From a virus (taxonomy: Duplodnaviria; Caudoviricetes), in the IMG/VR virus record IMGVR_UViG_3300014208_000027, positions 64,001-128,000 of that record: a stretch of 64,000 bases of DNA; one strand, written 5' to 3'. Of this stretch, positions 29,489 through 38,900 are shown piece after piece; the first letter of the stretch is position 1; each line of letters begins with the position of its first letter. The notes under the pieces were generated by a model. That model ran no database searches, was not told the origin of the DNA, and was given only the letters and a program-made list of their open reading frames with translations. A program made the translations under genes and the position numbers.

Positions 29489-29691
29489 AATTCCTCAAAT
29501 ATACCTAAATGATCTTCTGGAATTAAAGTTTTGTGATTTTTCGTAACATTTAAAACACCAATCATTCTTTGATCTTCTACGACTTCCCAAAGCACATCAT
29601 CCCCACCATCGCCTAGAACTAGATATATGTCTGTATCAAATGGGCCTTTTATCTTTATAAGTTGCCCTTGTTTTAGTTCTTGTAACTTCAT
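29485..29691 (-). CDS. SH3/KOW-like microprotein (MKLQELKQGQLIKI...), leaderless
   Basis: Family motif, ATG 6 nt after the -10 box. Confidence 0.65.
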   Translation of the reverse strand: MKLQELKQGQLIKIKGPFDTDIYLVLGDGGDDVLWEVVEDQRMIGVLNVTKNHKTLIPEDHLGIFEEL

Positions 29692-29697
29692 TCATAC

Positions 29698-29725
29698 AAT
29701 ATACCATACTTACCAAAATTTTCAA
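29698..29725 (-). promoter_or_regulatory. sigma70-type promoter
   Basis: TTGAAA-N16-TATATT with TG extension. Confidence 0.65.
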
Positions 29726-29790
29726 GTGGCAACAAAAAAATAATCTATTCCAATTTGCTAATTACTACACAACAGTAAGGAAACTACACC

Positions 29791-31587
29791 TTGGCACAGA
29801 AAAGACGTAAAGTAGGAGTTGATTACTTATCTACCGATTTTAATAGTATTAAAAATTCTCTAGTAGAGTACGCTAAACGATATTACGAGAATAGTAATAA
29901 AGATTTCTCAGAAAATAGCTTTGGTAGTATGGTTACCGACATGACTGCATATGTAGGTGATATACTATCATATTACTTAACTTATTCTGTAAATGAAAGT
30001 TTTCTTGATAGTGCTTTAGAATATCAAAATGTTATAAAAATAGGAAGATCTCTAGGATACAAATTTAAAGGTGTTCCAACTTCATATGGCGTCTTAACGA
30101 CATACGTTATGATCCCGTCAGACGGTCAAGGAAGACCAGATATAAGATATTTTCCTACACTTATGAAAGGTTCAAGATTTAGTTCTAATGGTGGGGCAAG
30201 TTTTACACTTAGAGAAAATATAGACTTTAGCAAGAGTGACAATGAAATAATTGTTGCTGCTGTAAATGATAACGGGTCACCTGCTAGTTATGCCGTAAAA
30301 AGTTTTGGAACTGTTCTTAGTGGGGATTACAATGAAGAAATTATTAGCATTGGAAGTTTTCAAAAGTTTCTTAAAGTTAGATTAAGTGGCCAAAATATAG
30401 CAGAAGTGTTAGAAGTGGTAAGTCAAGAAGGTGACAGTTGGTATGAAACGGAGACGTTGAGCCAAAATGTCGTCTGGAAGGAAATAAATAATGTTAACGC
30501 TGCAACCGACGGTGCATTATCAATCTTAAAACCTATCACAGTTCCTAGAAGATTCTCAGTAGAACAAGATGGAAATGGGAATACTTTTCTACAGTTTGGA
30601 GCAAGTTCTGGTGAAGATATATTAGCAAATAATATTTTAGATCCTACCAATACTACGCTACAGCTTCTAGGAAGAGATTATATTTCAGATACGAGTTTTG
30701 ATCCGTCAGAATTGTTAACAGGTGATGGAATGGGAATAGCTCCGTCTAATACACAATTAAGAGTGCTAACAAGAAATTTAAGTATTCAAAACTCTAACGC
30801 TGCACAAAATAGCATAACGGAAGTAACAAGTCCTATATTTGAATTTAGGAATAGAGTAAGTTTAAATACAAATACTATAAATTCTGTTGTAAGTTCTCTA
30901 GAGGTTCTAAATGACGAGCCAATTTTAGGTGCAATATCTTTGCCTACTAGTGAAGAATTAAAACTAAGAATTGAAGGCAATTACGCTAGTCAAGATAGAT
31001 GCGTAACCGGACAAGATTTTAAGGCAGCAATTTATAACATGCCTGCTAAATTTGGAGCAATTAGACGCTGCAACGTGATGACGGATATCAACTCGTTCAA
31101 AAGAAATTTAAACATTTATCTGGTTAGTGAAAACTCTGATGGAACACTTGTTGCGCCATCAAATACTATCAAACAAAATTTGAAAAACTGGCTGGCAAGT
31201 AAAAAGTTAATTGGTGATACTGTAGATCTACTTCCCGCCATAATTGTGAATGTTGGTATAAACTTCGAAATCGTCGCGCAACCTGAAAAAAATAAATTTA
31301 GCGTTTTACAAATAGCTACTGATGAATTAATTTCTCAATTATCAACTGTGCAAGATATAGGTCAAAGTTTCGACGTAAGTGCAATATATCAAATATTGAA
31401 AAATATACCAGAAGTTTTGGATTGTGTTAGTGTAAATATTATAAATAAAAATGGCGGGAACTATTCTGACGTGTCTGTAAATATTGACCAATTACTTGAT
31501 CCAAGTGGAAGATTTGTACGTTGCCCCAACAATGTGATATTCGAAATAAAATATTTACGTAGTGACATTCAAGGATCTGTCTCCTAA
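29791..31587 (+). CDS. Baseplate wedge protein (T4 gp6/baseplate J-like)
   Basis: YLSTDFNSIK..L..YAK.YY...DFSE.S.G...D..AYVGD.LSYY, Q.R.VT.QDF..., late motif CTAATTA at 29758. Confidence 0.85.
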   Translation: MAQKRRKVGVDYLSTDFNSIKNSLVEYAKRYYENSNKDFSENSFGSMVTDMTAYVGDILSYYLTYSVNESFLDSALEYQNVIKIGRSLGYKFKGVPTSYGVLTTYVMIPSDGQGRPDIRYFPTLMKGSRFSSNGGASFTLRENIDFSKSDNEIIVAAVNDNGSPASYAVKSFGTVLSGDYNEEIISIGSFQKFLKVRLSGQNIAEVLEVVSQEGDSWYETETLSQNVVWKEINNVNAATDGALSILKPITVPRRFSVEQDGNGNTFLQFGASSGEDILANNILDPTNTTLQLLGRDYISDTSFDPSELLTGDGMGIAPSNTQLRVLTRNLSIQNSNAAQNSITEVTSPIFEFRNRVSLNTNTINSVVSSLEVLNDEPILGAISLPTSEELKLRIEGNYASQDRCVTGQDFKAAIYNMPAKFGAIRRCNVMTDINSFKRNLNIYLVSENSDGTLVAPSNTIKQNLKNWLASKKLIGDTVDLLPAIIVNVGINFEIVAQPEKNKFSVLQIATDELISQLSTVQDIGQSFDVSAIYQILKNIPEVLDCVSVNIINKNGGNYSDVSVNIDQLLDPSGRFVRCPNNVIFEIKYLRSDIQGSVS

Positions 31588-33047
31588 TGATTAAAAAATA
31601 TGTTTGTACCGCAGACAATGTTATAACCGACGCTTATCAAAGTAATAATAATTACCGCGCCACTTCGAGCAATCAAGGAAATTCGGATACATTACAAGTA
31701 TTTATGACATTTGGGCAACAATCTTCTAACTCTCGTGAACGGTCTAGAATTCTTTTAAAGTTCCCTACTGATCAAATTGCATTAGATCGTTCTCTTGGTA
31801 AAATACCAGCCAGTGGATCAGTTAACTTCTCTGTTAAGTTATTCAACGCACCACATCCATTTAGTCTGCCAAGAAATTATTATTTATGCCTGTCAGCTTT
31901 AAGTGGAGCACTTTTTGATGAAGGAATTAGTAATGATAGTGATGAGTTTTCTCAAGATGGAGTGAGTAACTGGATGACGTGTAATTCTTCTTCTACTGGG
32001 ATTGCATATTGGCAAAACCAAGGTGGTGATTTTTATCACGGAAATTATATCCCTAATTCAACTTTTCCATCTTATACTTCAAGCATTCAAACTTTGGGTA
32101 CGGAAGATTTAGAACTTCAATGTACAAGTTTAGTTGAGGAATACCTAACAAATAATAAACCTGACTATGGGATGGCTCTTTATTTGCACCCGACAAATGA
32201 AAATGCCATTAGTTCAAGCTACTATGTAAAAAAATATTTTTCTCGTTCCTCTGAATTTAGATTACAACTTCCAGTTTTAGAGGCGCAATTTGATGATTCA
32301 AAATTTGACCATCGTGGAAATTTCTTTGCATCGTCAAGTCTTTGTGATGTTGAGAACCTTAACACGATTTTTTTAACCAATCGTATCCGTGGCAGTCTTA
32401 AAACTATCCCAGGTACCGCTAGTGGCATTTATGTACGAGTATATGATGATGCCTCTTCAGGTTCTTTACTCACTCCTACAGTCATTACAGGTGGCTTAGT
32501 TTCGACAGGAGTGTACAGCGCATCATTTGCTTTAGCTACTACAAGTTCAGTAGTATATGATAGATGGTTAGATTCTACTCTTACTCAATGTTATTTTACA
32601 GGTGCTATTAATATTTCCAATTTTTCTTCTCAAGGTGATTCACAAGAGGAACAGTTTATTATTTCTATGCCAGGGCTAAAATCTTCCTATACTCCAACCG
32701 AGACAGCGCGTTTCAAAGTGTTTTGTAGAAATAAATCATGGTCTCCTAATTTGTATGCTGTAGCCGTACAAGATCAGTCATTTGAACTAAGTGGAGATTT
32801 ATATTATCAAGTTCGTAGAGTAGTAGATAAATTTATTGTTACAGACTTTCTTACAGGGTCTAATAGTATTCCTCCTGCTACACGTTTGTCACGCGATATA
32901 AGCGGTTCATATTTTAATTATGATATGGCTAACTTGATGCCAGATTTTGCATATGAAATAAATTTTCTTCACAAGAGACCAGATGGCATAAATTATGAAG
33001 AATTACCTTATAGTTTTAAATTTATGGTAGAAAGGGAGACTATTTAA
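31587..33047 (+). CDS. Baseplate-associated structural protein
   Basis: Translationally coupled to the gp6-like gene, Ser/Thr/Gly-rich beta-type composition. Confidence 0.55.
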   Translation: MIKKYVCTADNVITDAYQSNNNYRATSSNQGNSDTLQVFMTFGQQSSNSRERSRILLKFPTDQIALDRSLGKIPASGSVNFSVKLFNAPHPFSLPRNYYLCLSALSGALFDEGISNDSDEFSQDGVSNWMTCNSSSTGIAYWQNQGGDFYHGNYIPNSTFPSYTSSIQTLGTEDLELQCTSLVEEYLTNNKPDYGMALYLHPTNENAISSSYYVKKYFSRSSEFRLQLPVLEAQFDDSKFDHRGNFFASSSLCDVENLNTIFLTNRIRGSLKTIPGTASGIYVRVYDDASSGSLLTPTVITGGLVSTGVYSASFALATTSSVVYDRWLDSTLTQCYFTGAINISNFSSQGDSQEEQFIISMPGLKSSYTPTETARFKVFCRNKSWSPNLYAVAVQDQSFELSGDLYYQVRRVVDKFIVTDFLTGSNSIPPATRLSRDISGSYFNYDMANLMPDFAYEINFLHKRPDGINYEELPYSFKFMVERETI

Positions 33048-33051
33048 GATC

Positions 33052-33348
33052 ATGGGATTTAATTTTAGAAAAATATTAAGAGAAAACCTTGATGCGATTA
33101 AATATCCTGGAGACGACATAGAAGATGAAGAAGCTATAAACTACGCTCTAAAATATGGAAGGAGGGAGAGCGTGGGAATAGATAATGCAACAAAACCAAG
33201 TTACTCGTTAGAAATTGATAAGCTCCCAGAAGATATCTCTAGAAAACTTAAACTTTTGTACGATAATGATACTAAAATAGAAATTGATGATCATCTCTAC
33301 ACTGTAGACAAAATTCTTGGTAGTTATAAAATAAAACGCTGGCGGTAG
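33052..33348 (+). CDS. Small candidate internal head protein
   Basis: MGFNFRKILRENL N-terminus, CTATTTA 5 nt upstream. Confidence 0.5.
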   Translation: MGFNFRKILRENLDAIKYPGDDIEDEEAINYALKYGRRESVGIDNATKPSYSLEIDKLPEDISRKLKLLYDNDTKIEIDDHLYTVDKILGSYKIKRWR

Positions 33349-33361
33349 AAAAAGAAACTAT

Positions 33362-33532
33362 CTAGAGTAGTTTGAGTTGGTGTTCGTAGGCTTCTCCTAT
33401 AACGTCTGAATCGAGCCATTTTACTTTCCATAGCCCACGGAGATTATAATCTCTTGCCGGGCTTAGTAAAAGTGCAATATATTTTAAGTTGTTGTTCCAA
33501 ACTACTAAATCACCTATTTCAAATTTTGTCAT
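33362..33532 (-). CDS. SH3/KOW-like microprotein, 56 aa (MTKFEIGDLVVW...WKVKWLD...)
   Basis: Hand-translated, family motif. Confidence 0.7.
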   Translation of the reverse strand: MTKFEIGDLVVWNNNLKYIALLLSPARDYNLRGLWKVKWLDSDVIGEAYEHQLKLL

Positions 33533-33722
33533 AGTTTTGTTCTATAGAATGAGGTGAAAAAAATAATTTATTGCCAGTGGCTAACTCTACGAAGTGAACT
33601 ACTTCCATGGCTTCTAGATAAGCACCTTCCATGTAAGACACATCAATTGGTTTGCTGATGATTAAAATACATTGTTTTGGTCCACTTTTACTCCGCAAAA
33701 TCATTCCAGGCTCAAGAATCAT
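33519..33722 (-). CDS. SH3/KOW-like microprotein (MILEPGMILRSK...), leaderless
   Basis: Family motif, ATG 6 nt after the -10 box. Confidence 0.65.
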   Translation of the reverse strand: MILEPGMILRSKSGPKQCILIISKPIDVSYMEGAYLEAMEVVHFVELATGNKLFFSPHSIEQNYDKI

Positions 33723-33728
33723 ATTCAA

Positions 33729-33756
33729 ATCCTAGCACAGCTTTAAATTTTGTCAA
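33729..33756 (-). promoter_or_regulatory. sigma70-type promoter
   Basis: TTGACA-N16-TAGGAT with TGc extension. Confidence 0.65.
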
Positions 33757-33919
33757 GATGTTCTTCCCCGTATGTTGCACGATAAAGGGAATCAAAAAAT
33801 AAAACTTGGTATGGGAGCGTAAAAATTTTATTATCAAAAATGTTTATTATGACACCTATGCTGCCATGGTAAGAGGAGAGTTCAAGATTTAACTTAACTA
33901 AGTCTCCGATAGCAAGCAT
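33743..33919 (-). CDS. SH3/KOW-like microprotein, 58 aa (MLAIGDLVKL...GSIGVII...PYQVLF...TYGEEHL)
   Basis: Hand-translated. Classic GD.V / G.IG.I / Y.V.F / Y.EE.L pattern. Confidence 0.72.
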   Translation of the reverse strand: MLAIGDLVKLNLELSSYHGSIGVIINIFDNKIFTLPYQVLFFDSLYRATYGEEHLDKI

Positions 33920-34443
33920 CTTCCAGTCCCATCACAAAAATCGCATTTCCGAGTATCACGGTAGTTACCATTTTCGTTAGAAAAGTCTTCTTCAAAATAA
34001 CCTCTACCATCGCAGTCAGGACAAAATAATAGAGAATTTTCTACTTTGTTGCACGTATGAATTCTTTCATCGATTGGGTGTGGGACTTCTTCTGTTCCAA
34101 TTTCTGCTTCTATATTGCAAGCTTCACAAGAACCATGATATCCTTGATGACATTCATTTCTTTTTAATCTAATTATTTCTTTCAATAATCCGTCTTTATT
34201 CCAATAGTTGTGGTCGATTGGGTCAAGAATTTGTCGTAATTCTGCACATATATCAGTCCAGCCTTCGCTCCGACCTGAATTAAAAACTGGCCCGTCTGTT
34301 CCACAATATTCTTTTAAGGATTGCTCGACTTTTACAACAGCATCCATTCTTCTGTTCGATGTATAAATTGCGTCTGTTTTTCCATTACAAGCTTCAACGT
34401 AATTGTTGATTGCGTTCCACAGATTAATTTTTAACGAATTCAT
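33898..34443 (-). CDS. Hypothetical protein with DnaJ-type CxxCxGxG zinc finger
   Basis: CPDCDGRG...CDFCDGTG. Confidence 0.6.
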   Translation of the reverse strand: MNSLKINLWNAINNYVEACNGKTDAIYTSNRRMDAVVKVEQSLKEYCGTDGPVFNSGRSEGWTDICAELRQILDPIDHNYWNKDGLLKEIIRLKRNECHQGYHGSCEACNIEAEIGTEEVPHPIDERIHTCNKVENSLLFCPDCDGRGYFEEDFSNENGNYRDTRKCDFCDGTGRCLLSET

Positions 34444-34886
34444 TTTATGTTCCTTGTATTATATGATACAGTTTCAGTATCCCAAGGGACACTATCTAAG
34501 TCATCTTCCTGATTAAAATAATCTTTTTCATCCCACGGGCAAACGTTCTTTTGTATTGCTTTCCATTCTTTTTTTGATGGAACTCTAAACTTTCCGACCG
34601 GATGAGTGCTTCCATCTTGAGGGCACTCATATCCACCTGGTGTCCAAAGATATTTTCCCTCCCAGACGGAAATTCCTATTGGTGCATCATCTAGACCAAG
34701 ATCGGAAAGAGATCTAACTCCAGTTTCTTGCATTTCATGTTTTAGTGAAAACCCAACAGTAAATAATACAATTCCATCATATCCATCGCTAGCTAAAACA
34801 GCTTTGGAATTTTCTTCATAAGTTCTCGCTGAGTAATTTTCATAGAGTCTCTTACTTAAAGAAGTACCCGTTGGTTTAATTATCAT
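34440..34886 (-). CDS. Hypothetical protein, leaderless
   Basis: ATG 6 nt after TATAAT. Confidence 0.65.
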   Translation of the reverse strand: MIIKPTGTSLSKRLYENYSARTYEENSKAVLASDGYDGIVLFTVGFSLKHEMQETGVRSLSDLGLDDAPIGISVWEGKYLWTPGGYECPQDGSTHPVGKFRVPSKKEWKAIQKNVCPWDEKDYFNQEDDLDSVPWDTETVSYNTRNIK

Positions 34887-34892
34887 ATTATT

Positions 34893-34920
34893 ATTATAAT
34901 GGGTAGAATAGAAAAGTCAA
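34893..34920 (-). promoter_or_regulatory. sigma70-type promoter
   Basis: TTGACT-N16-TATAAT. Confidence 0.75.
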
Positions 34921-34923
34921 GTC

Positions 34924-35859
34924 CTACTTAAAATAATTTTTGATATATTCGACTAACTGTTTAATATCTTTGAGTTTTAAATATTTTATTGCGTTTCCAA
35001 TAAATTCAATGGAATTTCTATCAATAGATTTTGACTTAGAATTGTGGACCCAAGAAGAAAGAAGCGCCGCCCCGTCCATCCCAGATAGAGAACGAAGTAT
35101 TTTTTTTTGTTCATCTGACAGATCGGAATAAGACATATTATTTTTAATTGAATTTAATAGTTTTACAACCACTTCAAGAGCGCTGTTTGGTTTTTTAGGA
35201 AATCTTTTTTTGTAATCTTCTTGATCTTGGTCGATTGGCTTCACGCTATCTTTAACTTCCTTTGCAAATTGTTCAAAAGAAATTCCTTTACTCGCGATTG
35301 TTCTAAATGATTTTTCTGTGGTGTGGATAGAAATAGGGATATTTCTCTTTGTTAGTTCATCATTGATAAAACTTAATTCATTTATTGCTTCTTGACGAAC
35401 ACCAAAAGAGGTATTTGGGTTAAACGCGATTCTTACGCCTAAAATATATTTTGTTGCTTCTGGGATCCATGCTTTGTCTGTGAAGATTCTATCTTCTGTT
35501 TCAGCCATTTTTGGATTTTCTTTTCTGTATTCTGGCCCCCAATAATCAACCGGAGACCCTTTGTACTTTGTTCCTAGTTTTTGTCCATCTAAAATTAGTA
35601 AAACTTGTTCAACATCAACGCCAGACCCATAGTATCCTTGAGGCGTTCTCATGGTAGAGAAATAATAGAATCTACTTTTATTGATTTTATTGTCTGAAGA
35701 GGTTCCATAAGCTACAGAAGTCATAAATTTATCTGATTTTAAGATACTGGAAAGTGAGTCTAAATTTGTAAAATGATATACAATTTTTGAGATACCTTCT
35801 TGTAAAAGGTTTCTTTCTTCCAAAAACTCTTTTAGGACTTGCTTAAAAAGAAACGTCAT
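34924..35859 (-). CDS. ADP-ribosyltransferase-fold protein, paralog 3
   Basis: VYHFT...YYFSTMRT...LDGQKL..KYK..PVDY...ETEDRI. N-terminus MTFLFKQVLKEFLEE. Confidence 0.55.
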   Translation of the reverse strand: MTFLFKQVLKEFLEERNLLQEGISKIVYHFTNLDSLSSILKSDKFMTSVAYGTSSDNKINKSRFYYFSTMRTPQGYYGSGVDVEQVLLILDGQKLGTKYKGSPVDYWGPEYRKENPKMAETEDRIFTDKAWIPEATKYILGVRIAFNPNTSFGVRQEAINELSFINDELTKRNIPISIHTTEKSFRTIASKGISFEQFAKEVKDSVKPIDQDQEDYKKRFPKKPNSALEVVVKLLNSIKNNMSYSDLSDEQKKILRSLSGMDGAALLSSWVHNSKSKSIDRNSIEFIGNAIKYLKLKDIKQLVEYIKNYFK

Positions 35860-35864
35860 GTTGT

Positions 35865-35887
35865 TAAATAGGGTGTTATTCTAATTA
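35865..35887. promoter_or_regulatory. Divergent pair of putative late promoters
   Basis: CTATTTA on minus (35865-35871) and CTAATTA on plus (35881-35887). Confidence 0.6.
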
Positions 35888-35922
35888 CTACAACAATACT
35901 CCCTTATCAGAGGAATTAAACA

Positions 35923-38900
35923 TTGTCTATTAAAGAACTTTTCAATAAAAATAAATTACTAGCTCAAACTTCTATGGATGCGCTTACCTCTTCAGTTGAG
36001 TCAGCAGGCTACGTAACAGAATTTTTAGTTGACCGTGATAGAATCATTCCACAAGTAGATTTTAGTGATCCTTCTCAATTTTGCAAATTTGGCTCAGCAA
36101 AGAAATATTACGTTGATTCTATTCAGAACATTTATCAAAATTTCCCATTTGACGGTTCTGGCAAGGAAAAGTTAGAGTTTTATAATTCTTCTAGTGGCGT
36201 AGATCTCCATGTCCTAAACCAATGGTATCCAAAATTTACAGGTTATGCAAAATTTTCACCTAATGGTTATGGTTCTGTTTTAACTCAAAGTGATGGGTTT
36301 TCTAATCCTGCAACAAAAGAATATATTTTAGTACATGGTGGTCCTAATACAGGTTCGTTAGGTGGTTATCTTGGTGGTAACGTATACGACACTGGGTCCT
36401 TACGTGTTTCTAATTTACGATTTGGTGGTGACTATGGCAATACTGTAGAGTTCTGGTTAAAGAAAGGTGCTCCTGTTCTTGCTAGTTCTGCGAAGGAAGT
36501 TATTTTTGATGCCTGGAATAATGTGTCAGCTTCTCATGCAGCAGGAAGCACTTATGGTAGACTTTTAATTTATGTTGATGGCCAGGCTACCCTTGGAACA
36601 TCTTGTTTTAAAGTTTCATATGTTTCAGGTTCAGTTAGTGTTTGTACAGATTATTCTTTAGGTACAGTAGCCTTAACTGCAAGTTCAGTTTTAAATGATA
36701 CATGGAATCACTACGCTTTTTCTTTTAAGAATGCTGGTTCTGATCTTGCCGCGAAGGTTTATTTTAATGGTGCCTTGGATAGTTCTGTTATCATCTCGAA
36801 CGGCGCTATAAATGAGGTTCAAGGTGTCCTACACGGCTGCCTAGGCTCGATACTTACTTCTTCAGGTATGGATCATGTTCCACCTCAAGACCTAGGCTGG
36901 GGCAAGTTAAGTGGCTCTATTGATGAGTTTAGATTTTGGAAGAAAGAACGTACTCTTGGTGATATTGGTCGGTATTGGTTTACTCAAGTTAATGGTGGAG
37001 CAAACTCTAAAGATGGCAATACTAGTCTAGGTGTTTATTATAAGTTTAACGAAGGCATCAACTCTGTTACGGATAATAAAGTTTTAGATTATTCTGGTAG
37101 ACTTTCTCATGGCGCTTTTGTTGGGTACACTTCAGCTAATCGTTCATTAGATTCTGCAATTGATACTTATTTTTCTTCTTCCTCAGCAATTACTGAGGCA
37201 AAAGATCCGGTAGTTTATTCTTTCCACCCTGATGTAGTCTCCTTAGAATCTGAGAAGGCTCTTACAGGTAGTTTACATGATTTAGGTAACAGCACTAGTC
37301 TTTATTATTCTATGCCCTCTTGGATGATTGAAGAGGATGAAGAAAAAGAAAGATTTAATTTGTTAAATTTGACTCAAATTATGGGTCAGTATTTTGATAC
37401 GTTGTATATGCAAATTAGTGCTTCTGTTGGTATTCGAGACATCAATTATGATGGGTTGAGTGGTAGTAATAAGCCTTATCCGTTTGTTAATAAGATGTTA
37501 CAATCTAGAGGTTTTGATACTCCAGAGATTTTTTCTAATGTATCAACTTTAGAAAGTCTTGCTAATAGAAGTGATAAACTAGAATTTGAAGTGAAGTTAA
37601 ATGATACTAAAAATGTAATTTATCAGAACATTTATAATAATCTTTCTTACATCTATAAATCTAAAGGGACTCTTAATTCTATAAGAAACCTTATTAGATG
37701 TTTTGGTGTTGATGATGAGTTAGTACGATTTAATATCTACGCCAATAATACAACTCATCTTTTTAATGAGAACTTCAGAACTACCTCGGCAAAGAAAAAA
37801 TATGTTGATTTTAATAACGTAGACAGGTTTTACGGTACAGTTTATCAATATAGTTCTTCTAACAATGCTAATTCGTATTCTTATTTAACTTCTTCTGGTA
37901 CAAACCTTGAAGCTAGCGGATCAGCTTTAACAGCAGAAGCAAATATTATTTTTCCTAAGAAGTTTGAACAATCATCACCATTTTACTTTGAAACACCTTT
38001 CGTATCTTCTTCTCTATTTGGCGTTCACACTGTAAAGAAAAGTGCCGCTTCTTTATATGATACGTCGTGGGATAGTTCTGATACTTCTAACTTCCAAGTC
38101 TATGCGGTAAAAGAAGAAATAGACTCTAAGAATGTTTATTTTGTTCTTACAAGCTCTACAGGTGGACCATTACCTAGAATTTCTTCTGGTTTGATTACAA
38201 ATGTTTATGACAACAATCAATGGACTTTAGCTGTTAAAGTTCATCCTGAAAAATATCCCATTTTTGACGCAGTAAGTGGTTCTGGCGGAAACAACTTTAC
38301 TGTAGAGTTTTGCGGATACAATACAATTCTTGACACTGTAGTTAATTCTTTCTCCGTATCAAGTTCTTTAACTTACGCTCAAGGTGTGGCTTTCCTTGAC
38401 AATTCTAAGCGCTTTTACGTAGGAGCACATAAAAATAACTTTACAGGATCTAACCTTCAAGGAACAGATGTTAGAGTAGGAAATTTTAGAGTATGGTTAG
38501 ATAATCTCAGTAATGAGGAAATCCTTCATCACGCTTATGATAATTTAAATTATGGCGTAGATAGCCCTTATAGAAATATATCTCTACTAAAAAATTCTTA
38601 TGTTGGTAAAGAAATTCCTAAATTTGAAACTTTAGCACTTAACTGGAATTTTGAATTAGTAACCGGGTCTAATGCTTCAGGCCAATTCCAAGTTGTAGAC
38701 ATTTCTTCTGGTTCTAGTGATAATTTAAATCGTTATGGGTGGCTTAGTAATGTTACAGAAAAACAATTAGAAGGTCGTGGTGATGGATTCCTATCTAACG
38801 ACTCAAAAGTAACAAATGTAGAGTATATTTCTCGCGCTAAGTCAAGTTTGCCTGAAACTATTGGCGACGATGATATGATTCAAATTCTCGAAAGGGATGA

